From the NCBI GenBank assembly GCA_018883165.1, contig VEQN01000003.1, positions 9,721 through 73,720 on the forward strand: a stretch of DNA of 64,000 nt. Reading direction: 5' to 3'. This DNA comes from Candidatus Tayloriibacteriota bacterium. GTDB lineage: Bacteria; Patescibacteriota; Minisyncoccia; Phycocordibacterales; CAIZLB01. Positions 56,735-64,000 of the stretch are shown here, piece by piece. The number at the start of each line of letters is the position of its first letter. Position 1 is the first letter of the stretch. Under the pieces are notes generated by a model. That model had not been told where the DNA came from. It did no database searches and saw nothing but the letters and a program-made list of their open reading frames with translations. A program made the position numbers and the translations under genes.

Positions 56735-58321
56735 TTATTCCTCTTTCTTTTGTGGAGTATGATTCTCCGGCTTCATTGTTGGGAACAGAATTGCATCCTT
56801 GATATTTGTTGCATTCATGAAAAGCATCGCCAACCTATCAATACCAATTCCGATTCCTCCGTTTGGCGGCATACCATATTCCATAGCTTCAAGATAATCT
56901 TGATCACTTGGTGAGATTTCTCCATCTCCATTTCTCTTCTTTCGATCCTGTTCTTCGTATCGAGCCTTCTGATCAACTGGATTGTTTAGTTCAGAGAAAC
57001 AGTTTGTTACCTCAAGACCACCCATGACAAGCTGGAATCGATCAATCAATGTCTTGTCATCCTCTCGTCTCTTTGCAAACGGGTTAAATTCTACCGGGTA
57101 GTTAATGAGGAAGGTTGGTTGAATCAGTTTCGGTCGCACCGCTTTCTTGTATATCTTGTCTACAATCTTTTCAAATTCATCAGCAGGCTCAATATCAGCA
57201 CCGTACTTCTCAGCGATTGCTACAAGCTGGTCTCTACTCATTTCTCTCACGTTTGTGATTCCTGCACATTCAGCAATTACTTCAAGATATTCTCGCACCG
57301 CAAATGGTTTTGATGTATCGATAGTTTGTCCATCAAATTCAAACGATTCCTTGCCGAATAGATCTTTTACAAGTGTTTGTACAAGATCTTGTATGAACTG
57401 TCTTTGTGACTTTGCATCAGCGTATGCCTCTTGTGATTCAAGCATCGTGAATTCAGGATTGTGTGTTGCATCAATACCCTCATTTCTAAACCTTCGTCCA
57501 ACCTCATATACCTTGTTAAACCCACCAACCACAAGCTTCTTTAGGTAGAGCTCTTGAGCAATGGTAAGGTTAAAGTCTAAATCAAGTGCATTGTGATGCG
57601 TACCGAATACGGCTGCTGTTGCGCCACCTGCAAGAGCCTGGAGGATTGGAAGTTCAACCTCAAGGTATCCATGTGAATCAAAAAATCTTCTTACACCTGA
57701 GAGAAGTTTCGTTCGAAGCACGAATGACTTTCGAACTTCTTCATTTGTGAGAACATCAAGATATCGTCTTCGATATCGCTCCTCAACATCTTGTAACCCT
57801 GCCCACTTTTCAGGAAGAGCTCGGAGTGACTTTGTAATCATTCTCCAAGATGAAACCAAAAGACTCATTTCACCTCTCTTTGTTCTCATCAGACTTCCAC
57901 GCACTTCAATGAAATCTCCCATATCAGCTGTATCAACAAACAATGTAAAAGCATCTTCAACTTTCGGATGCGCCACGGTCTCTTGTATACCAAACACTGA
58001 TTCACCCTGTTGGTAACTTTGAATATATACAGGATTCTGGTCTTTCTTTATGATTGCCTGGAAAGATGCTGTACCATCGAAGAGATCTGCGAATATGAGG
58101 CCACCTTGTCCTCGAAGTGACATAACTCTACCAACAATAGCAATCTCCTGCTTCTTCTGTTCTTCTGATCCTTCTTCTTTGACCAATGAATCAAACTTTT
58201 CTCTCAGTTCAAACAGGTCATAGTCTTTTCGTACAGATACCGGGTATGCTTCAATACCCAAAGCTTCAAGCTTTGATAGTTTCTGAATCCGTACTTCTTT
58301 GATTTCTTCTTGTGATGCCAT
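56735..58321 (-). CDS. lysS: lysine--tRNA ligase (class II)
   Basis: OB-fold N-terminal domain and FRNEGIDATHNPEFTMLE motif 2. Confidence 0.9.
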   Translation of the reverse strand: MASQEEIKEVRIQKLSKLEALGIEAYPVSVRKDYDLFELREKFDSLVKEEGSEEQKKQEIAIVGRVMSLRGQGGLIFADLFDGTASFQAIIKKDQNPVYIQSYQQGESVFGIQETVAHPKVEDAFTLFVDTADMGDFIEVRGSLMRTKRGEMSLLVSSWRMITKSLRALPEKWAGLQDVEERYRRRYLDVLTNEEVRKSFVLRTKLLSGVRRFFDSHGYLEVELPILQALAGGATAAVFGTHHNALDLDFNLTIAQELYLKKLVVGGFNKVYEVGRRFRNEGIDATHNPEFTMLESQEAYADAKSQRQFIQDLVQTLVKDLFGKESFEFDGQTIDTSKPFAVREYLEVIAECAGITNVREMSRDQLVAIAEKYGADIEPADEFEKIVDKIYKKAVRPKLIQPTFLINYPVEFNPFAKRREDDKTLIDRFQLVMGGLEVTNCFSELNNPVDQKARYEEQDRKKRNGDGEISPSDQDYLEAMEYGMPPNGGIGIGIDRLAMLFMNATNIKDAILFPTMKPENHTPQKKEE

Positions 58322-58391
58322 GTATATGAAATTAATAGATGCTGATGTATCTGATTATACACCATGTACAAAAGTATATGATATATACGAG

Positions 58392-58862
58392 CTATTCGAT
58401 AGAAGTAACAGTGTACTTCACTTCACCTTTCGGTGTTTTGAATTTAAACTCCTCACCCTTCTTCTTTCCAAGAAGAGCTTGGCCTAGAGGAGATTTGAAT
58501 GAGATTTTACCAGCTTGAGTATCAGCTTCTTCTGATCCTACAATGGTGTATGTATGCTTAGCTTTTTCTGTTGATTTCTGAACGTGTACTACTGATCCGA
58601 TTTCAACAACATTACTATGGTGAGTAGCAACAATTTCTACGTTTGGAAGAATAGTTTCAAGTTGTGAGATTCGGTCTTCAAGTGCAGCCTGAGCTTCTCT
58701 TGCTTCATGATATTCTGCATTTTCTGACAAATCACCAAGACCCTTGGCATATTCAAGTTTATCCGCAATTTCTTTTCGTTTGTTTGTCTTCAAATCTTCA
58801 AGCTCAGCTTTAAGCTGCTCGAACTTTTCTTTTGAGAGGTATTCTTTTGCTTTTATAGACAT
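58392..58862 (-). CDS. greA: transcription elongation factor GreA
   Basis: LGDLSENAEYHEAREAQ coiled coil and FKBP-like C-terminal domain. Confidence 0.9.
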   Translation of the reverse strand: MSIKAKEYLSKEKFEQLKAELEDLKTNKRKEIADKLEYAKGLGDLSENAEYHEAREAQAALEDRISQLETILPNVEIVATHHSNVVEIGSVVHVQKSTEKAKHTYTIVGSEEADTQAGKISFKSPLGQALLGKKKGEEFKFKTPKGEVKYTVTSIE

Positions 58863-58951
58863 ATCGAGATAGAAGTGTACACGGTAAATACAACATAGTC
58901 AACCATTAATTTTAATAACAAAATGGCTTAAAATAAGCATTTAATTATACC

Positions 58952-60688
58952 CTACTGTAAGTATTCTGACGCGTAGACCTCCATCCACCTCATCCATTCC
59001 AAGACCGCAGGGGAAGCTCCAACAGTAGCCGTGTGTGGACCCTTCTCCAACAAAAGCGCAAAAGCATATCTTGGTTTTTCATATGGAAAGAAACCAACAG
59101 CCCAAGAGTTTATGAATTTTTTCGAGATACCAAGCTGTGCGGTACCAGTTTTTCCCGCAATCTTCACTGAAGGAATATTCACCGCTTGCATTGTTCCATT
59201 AGTAACCGTTAATCTCATACCCTCTCTAATAATCTTAAACCACTGCTCTGCACCCGGTTTTGTTGCAACAGAAACCTTTTCTGCCACCTCTCTTGCTTTG
59301 ATGATTCCCTTTTGAATTAACTCATCTTCTTTTTCTTTTTTCAAAACCGTTGGGACCACCAATGTTCCACCATTTGCGATTGCAGCTGTTGCACGTGCCG
59401 CTTGTATTGGTGTCACCTGAAATCCATATTGCCCAATCACGGTGTTGTATGTATCTCCTACTCGCCAGATGTCACCTTTGAAATTCTGTTTCTTCCATTC
59501 AGGTGTCGGTATTACACCTTTTCTTCCAGTGAAGAAGTTGTTTGGGATATCGAGACCAAATCCAAACATTTGTGCATATTGATCGAGTAGATCAATACCT
59601 AGACCCTTCTGACTCTGAAAACCTCCACCAATTTGATAGAAATACACGTCTGAGGAAACAGCGATTGCTTCCCTCATATCCGTGTATCCATGAGCTTTCC
59701 AGTCTTTAAACACGGTGTATTCACCAGGACGATATGGATTAGGTACACGCATTTCGCCTGTACTTTCAATTTTCTTTTCTGGACCAATGACACCTTCAGC
59801 AAGTGCTGCTAATGCAAATATTGGTTTAAGAATGGATCCTGGCGTATATAGACCAGATGAGACACGATCAAGAAACGGATTATTGTCATTTGATAGATAT
59901 GACTTAATCTTTTGTACATCTTTACCGGAGGTCATAACATTCGAGTCATACTCAGGAAATGATACACTCGCAAGCACTTCACCAGTATGTACATCAAGTA
60001 CTACACCGGCACCACCTTGAAATCCAGACCTCCTCGATATTTCTTGTATAGCTCCAAACAATGCTTTCTGAACTCCTGCATGTATTGAGAGTTGAATATT
60101 CTCACCTTTAACAGCGGGTCTAACCGTACTTTGAGAGAGAGTCTTCCCGAGCGCATCAGTTTCTGTAATCTTCAAACCATTTTGACCAGTAAGTGCATCG
60201 TTGTAATATTTTTCAACACCATCAGCTCCTGCATACTCGGTATTGTAATAGAATCCAAACTTATCTTTCTTTGGATATTTTACATACCCTATGAGGTTAT
60301 GGAGTCCAGGTTCGTTGGTATATGACCTCAATGAGAATTCATTCTGGTTTGGATCAATATCATTCCAAGCAAGAAGTGTCCCTTCCCTGTCTTGAATAGC
60401 GCCACGCTCAGAAAAAACTAAACTATGATGCAGACGATTGTTTTCTGATATCTCTTTGTATTTTTTTCCATCCACCAATTGTAAATTTCCAATCTGGAGG
60501 GTAAACAACACGCCAACAAGTGCAAAGAACATTGCAGCTACCAATATTGTACTGTGTGAAATTGGCTTTTCAATTTGTCCCTCAAATTGATCAGTGTCAA
60601 ACTCAGGCAAGTTTGAAGAATCGAGGAATATTTCATCTGGAGCGATCTCTCGTGAGATGCGCACATATGTTCTCCTTCTGAAAATCAT
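58952..60688 (-). CDS. mrdA: penicillin-binding protein 2 (elongasome transpeptidase)
   Basis: SxxK (SILK), SxD and KTG motifs. Immediately downstream of mreBCD. Confidence 0.85.
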   Translation of the reverse strand: MIFRRRTYVRISREIAPDEIFLDSSNLPEFDTDQFEGQIEKPISHSTILVAAMFFALVGVLFTLQIGNLQLVDGKKYKEISENNRLHHSLVFSERGAIQDREGTLLAWNDIDPNQNEFSLRSYTNEPGLHNLIGYVKYPKKDKFGFYYNTEYAGADGVEKYYNDALTGQNGLKITETDALGKTLSQSTVRPAVKGENIQLSIHAGVQKALFGAIQEISRRSGFQGGAGVVLDVHTGEVLASVSFPEYDSNVMTSGKDVQKIKSYLSNDNNPFLDRVSSGLYTPGSILKPIFALAALAEGVIGPEKKIESTGEMRVPNPYRPGEYTVFKDWKAHGYTDMREAIAVSSDVYFYQIGGGFQSQKGLGIDLLDQYAQMFGFGLDIPNNFFTGRKGVIPTPEWKKQNFKGDIWRVGDTYNTVIGQYGFQVTPIQAARATAAIANGGTLVVPTVLKKEKEDELIQKGIIKAREVAEKVSVATKPGAEQWFKIIREGMRLTVTNGTMQAVNIPSVKIAGKTGTAQLGISKKFINSWAVGFFPYEKPRYAFALLLEKGPHTATVGASPAVLEWMRWMEVYASEYLQ

Positions 60689-60689
60689 A

Positions 60690-61040
60690 CTAGAATCTTA
60701 CCCGTTTTTTAACGAGATGCAAAACAATCAGGATAATTCCTGTAGACGCAGTTATGGGTAGTGGAAACTCAGAACCAAAGATTGTACTGAAATTTGTACT
60801 TCGATACATAATATCAAACAATAAACCAATAAGGATGAACTCGTAGTATGTATAGTGCCAAGAGGCAATGATTGCACAAAGAAATACTATGTACCACGGT
60901 ATGAATGGTAGAAAAAGTATTGCACCAAAAATCCCAATATTAACGTATATTCTTTTTGACTTGGACATAATGTAATGAATAGAGTAAGACTGGCATTCTA
61001 AAGTATACATGTGAGTACGCATCGCCATCATCAGAATCAA
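60690..61040 (-). CDS. mreD: rod shape-determining protein MreD-like
   Basis: Small polytopic membrane protein in the canonical position after mreC. True start is probably internal. Confidence 0.5.
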   Translation of the reverse strand: MILMMAMRTHMYTLECQSYSIHYIMSKSKRIYVNIGIFGAILFLPFIPWYIVFLCAIIASWHYTYYEFILIGLLFDIMYRSTNFSTIFGSEFPLPITASTGIILIVLHLVKKRVRF

Positions 61041-61740
61041 CTCGCTCTGCAGTTCCTAATACCTTACTCTTTATACCCGACACAATGATTTGATCACCTT
61101 CCTCAACATCAATATTTTTTGGCACTTTAATATAGAAATTACCAGACCCTCTTCCTTCAGCAACCACCGGCATGGTACTTGAACCGAGAAGTACATCAAA
61201 CTTTTGATCAGGTGCTGAGTAGAGCTTTACTACAGCTGTACTTTTAAGTACCTCAACAATCATACCGATGACATAGTCCCGTTCAGCATATACAACATCC
61301 CCAACAACCAATCCCTCATCTTCTCCGATATCAATGAGAAGTGAATCGTACGGAGTTCTGGGTGGTCTTGCGAGAATCACTCCAAGAACCAATGAACTAC
61401 CTGGTGTATTAAATACCTTCTTCGCCTCTACGATCCTGGTTGTTGAAGCGGTTGTAGTACCAAAAACATCATATTCATCAACCACCGTATCCCTTCCTAA
61501 TAGTTGCTTCAACGAAGCATTTTCTCTTTTCAAATCTTTAATCAAAGAATTCTCAGACATTGGCCTTATTGGATCTTGGTAATAACCAAAGAACGTTGCT
61601 ACACCTTTTTGCATTGCATGTATTGAATATGCAAGCATGTTTCCAAATAGTAGGTAGACAATGTATGCGGCAATGAATAATCCAATGATCTTATACACGC
61701 CACCGTCTTTTTTTCTCCTATCGCGTAACTGGTAATTCAT
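60940..61740 (-). CDS. mreC: rod shape-determining protein MreC
   Basis: N-terminal TM helix, coiled coil and beta-rich C-terminal domain, in mreB-mreC context. Confidence 0.8.
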   Translation of the reverse strand: MNYQLRDRRKKDGGVYKIIGLFIAAYIVYLLFGNMLAYSIHAMQKGVATFFGYYQDPIRPMSENSLIKDLKRENASLKQLLGRDTVVDEYDVFGTTTASTTRIVEAKKVFNTPGSSLVLGVILARPPRTPYDSLLIDIGEDEGLVVGDVVYAERDYVIGMIVEVLKSTAVVKLYSAPDQKFDVLLGSSTMPVVAEGRGSGNFYIKVPKNIDVEEGDQIIVSGIKSKVLGTAERVDSDDGDAYSHVYFRMPVLLYSLHYVQVKKNIR

Positions 61741-62782
61741 TTTCGTTTTGGATTAACATATCTTCAAACTTTTCTAATTCCTCCAAAATCACACCCGCAC
61801 CTCTTGCAACAGCGGTGAGCGGATCATCAGCCACATACACAGGAATACCTACATATTCTGTCAGTACTTCAGGTAGTCCTCTAATGAGCGCTCCACCCCC
61901 TGTGAGATATATACCATTTCGCATTACATCAGCAAGAATTTCTGGAGGAGTGGTCTCTAATACCTCTTTAACAGAATCAAGAAGTGTATCGATTGACGGA
62001 CCAATTGCTTCTCGAATATCTGAATCCGTAACAACCACTTCTCTTGGAAGACCTGTCACCAAGTCTCTTCCACGAATCGCGGCCTCCAGTGGTGGAGTAC
62101 ATGGTACAACACTTGCAATCTGGATCTTTACTTCTTCAGCAGTCTTTTCTCCAATCAGAATTTTAAACTCATTTCGGATGTACGACATGATGTCATTGTT
62201 AAGTTTGTCTCCTGCAACCTTAAGGTTTTTCGCTCGTACAATTCCACCAAGTGAAATAACTGCGATATCAGTTGTTCCTCCACCAATATCAATGACCATA
62301 CTTCCAGTTGCTTCGCGCACAGGAAGTCTAATACCAATTGCAGCCGACATTGGTTCTTCAACAATATGTACTTCTCGTGCACCAGCGTTCTTTGCAGCAT
62401 CTCTCACCGCTCGCCTTTCAACGTTTGTAACACCATATGGCACACCAACAACAACTTTAGGGCCGAGCATCTTCTTTGAGATTCCCTCTGCTTTCTTAAT
62501 GAGATATGAAAGCATTTCTTCAGTAATTTCGAAATCTGAAATTACACCATCAACAAGTGGTCTCACAGCAACAATATGTCCCGGTGTTCTCCCAAGCATT
62601 GCTTTTGCTTGAGAACCTACCGCAACCACTCTTCCAGTCTTTTGGTTTACAGCAACTACAGATGGTTCATTAATGACCACACCTTTTCCCGAAACATACA
62701 CAAGCGTATTCGCTGTACCGAGATCGATACCAATGTCGTTTGAGGTTGCTTTTAGGAATTTATGCTTTAGTTTCTTATACAT
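61718..62782 (-). CDS. mreB: rod shape-determining protein MreB
   Basis: IGIDLGTANTLVY and the actin fold. Start placed at an internal Met (M35 of the ORF). Confidence 0.9.
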   Translation of the reverse strand: MYKKLKHKFLKATSNDIGIDLGTANTLVYVSGKGVVINEPSVVAVNQKTGRVVAVGSQAKAMLGRTPGHIVAVRPLVDGVISDFEITEEMLSYLIKKAEGISKKMLGPKVVVGVPYGVTNVERRAVRDAAKNAGAREVHIVEEPMSAAIGIRLPVREATGSMVIDIGGGTTDIAVISLGGIVRAKNLKVAGDKLNNDIMSYIRNEFKILIGEKTAEEVKIQIASVVPCTPPLEAAIRGRDLVTGLPREVVVTDSDIREAIGPSIDTLLDSVKEVLETTPPEILADVMRNGIYLTGGGALIRGLPEVLTEYVGIPVYVADDPLTAVARGAGVILEELEKFEDMLIQNENELPVTR

Positions 62783-63084
62783 ATTTCTTCTACATTCCAG
62801 AGGAATATCGTGGACGTATTGTACACCAAAATGAGCTTTTTGTGATATTCTAATATTAGCCAACAAAACATCGATCTTTGGCAAGATTTCAGCCTATGGA
62901 ACCTACATTCCTTATTGGTATCATCACCCTATTACTCACCGGAAACACGCTGATGCATCTGTGTGTTGAAATGACACCCGACAGCATCACCGCTGAGAGT
63001 CCGTGGGAAAATGGATATCGGTGGAGTTAACCCCACAAATATCCTAAGAGTACGGCAGGGCTCAACACGAGCCCTGCTATCTAT

Positions 63085-64000
63085 TTAATTAAACAATGTA
63101 GACACATCCTTCACAGTAACCACTATCATGAGTGTGATGAGAAGAATGAATCCGATTGCATTCACCCACTGTATAATTTTTGGATTTAATTCTCTTCGAA
63201 GTATTCCTTCAATGATGACAACCACCAAGCGTCCACCATCAAGAGCTGGAAATGGCACCATGTTAATCACTGCAAGATTCGCCGAGATCACTGCGGCCAT
63301 TACAAGAAGTGATGCGAAGCCAATCTTTGCAGATTCACCAACGGCACCTGCAATACCCACAGGACCACTCACTTGCTGAAGACTTGCCTGACCTGTGACT
63401 ACATTCTTAAGAAATTCATAGAGACCAGTGGCAACATTGTATGTTAGATGATATGTCTGACGTGCCCCATAGTAGAAAGATTCAAAAAATCCTGCTTTAA
63501 CCGTTGCTACCATATCCATTGATATACCTACCGCTTTTTTTCCTGGTACCAACCCTTCAGCAGGAGTAGCCACGATTTGTCGAACAACGTACCCATCATC
63601 AGTAGTCGAAGTTGCACTGAATTGTCGTACGTTAAATGTGACCTTGTTCTTCGCACTAGCAATCGCTTTTTGTGCTGATTCAACAGAAAGTGTGCTTGTA
63701 GCAAGCAATACTTCTGCGTTTGTTATCAAAAGAATTTCATCACCACTCTTAAGTCCAGCTTTCTCTGCAGGACTTCCTGGTGATACCATGATTACAGTAA
63801 GTACAGGGTCGTGTACGATATCTTTTGGCATTGCATTATATGATGCTTTCGTACCCAAAAAGAGTGAGAATGAAAGAAGAAGCCATGCAAAGATGACATT
63901 GAATGTTACACCCGCAACAAGTACGATCCCTTGCTGCCATCTATTTTTTGAAAGAATACTATCTGGTGTTCTCTCGTCATCTGGTCCTTCACCATATATC
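63085..64000 (-). CDS. rseP: RIP metalloprotease RseP (site-2 protease), 5'-partial at window edge
   Basis: In-frame translation continues past the listed start to the window end (IYGEGPDDERTPDSILSKNRWQQGIVLVAGVTFNVIFAWLL...). PDZ domain and C-terminal TM helices are present. The HExxH region lies beyond the window. Confidence 0.8.
   Translation of the reverse strand, partial: IYGEGPDDERTPDSILSKNRWQQGIVLVAGVTFNVIFAWLLLSFSLFLGTKASYNAMPKDIVHDPVLTVIMVSPGSPAEKAGLKSGDEILLITNAEVLLATSTLSVESAQKAIASAKNKVTFNVRQFSATSTTDDGYVVRQIVATPAEGLVPGKKAVGISMDMVATVKAGFFESFYYGARQTYHLTYNVATGLYEFLKNVVTGQASLQQVSGPVGIAGAVGESAKIGFASLLVMAAVISANLAVINMVPFPALDGGRLVVVIIEGILRRELNPKIIQWVNAIGFILLITLMIVVTVKDVSTLFN

Noticed and set aside
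1-64000. CRISPR arrays, transposases, integrases and prophage genes
   Set aside because: No spaced direct-repeat arrays and no recombinase or phage structural motifs were seen. The only HGT signals are the two compositional insertions.

Overview
This 64 kb window is almost all conserved housekeeping genes from a low-GC, gene-dense bacterium. Most genes have no visible Shine-Dalgarno sequence, and the overall style is that of a small or reduced genome, possibly Patescibacteria-like (inference only).

Syntenic blocks:
- 2370-6503 (+): infA-rpmJ-rpsM-rpsK-rpsD-rpoA-rplQ-rplM-rpsI, with rpmJ missing from the ORF track.
- 7064-11258 (+): grpE-ORF-dnaK-dnaJ.
- 23204-30351 (+): dacA-like-mraY-ftsW-murG-gltX-M23 peptidase.
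- 55601-52274 (-): mraZ-rsmH-ftsL-ftsI, followed by tRNA-Glu(CUC).
- 62782-58952 (-): mreB-mreC-mreD-mrdA.
- Scattered throughout: tRNA synthetase genes (trpS, aspS, gltX, cysS, lysS); dnaB-recR; scpA/scpB split by two inserted genes; a lexA plus Y-family polymerase SOS cassette with a Cheo-type box; rmuC, yqeY, greA, ctpA; rpmA, rplI and rplU unlinked; and a 5'-partial rseP at the window end.

Unusual content:
- 11.8-14.5 kb: a lipid-modifying cluster made of a His-box membrane di-iron oxygenase (fatty-acid hydroxylase superfamily), a PlsC-type acyltransferase and a cyanobacterial AAR-like acyl-ACP reductase, followed by an orphan 7TM histidine kinase.
- 6.6-7.0 kb: a promoter- and terminator-bounded, roughly 420 nt, highly structured non-coding locus between rpsI and grpE that I could not assign to RNase P, tmRNA, SRP or 6S.
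- 56.0-56.7 kb: a 700 nt intergenic region upstream of mraZ with phased AAGTGG repeats (MraZ-operator-like) and a strong bidirectional hairpin.
- Two visibly GC-richer insertions (about 44.0-45.0 kb and about 47.95-49.9 kb) encoding secreted or membrane proteins of unknown function.
- IF-1 carries a roughly 17-residue loop insertion.

No CRISPR array, transposase or integrase was seen.
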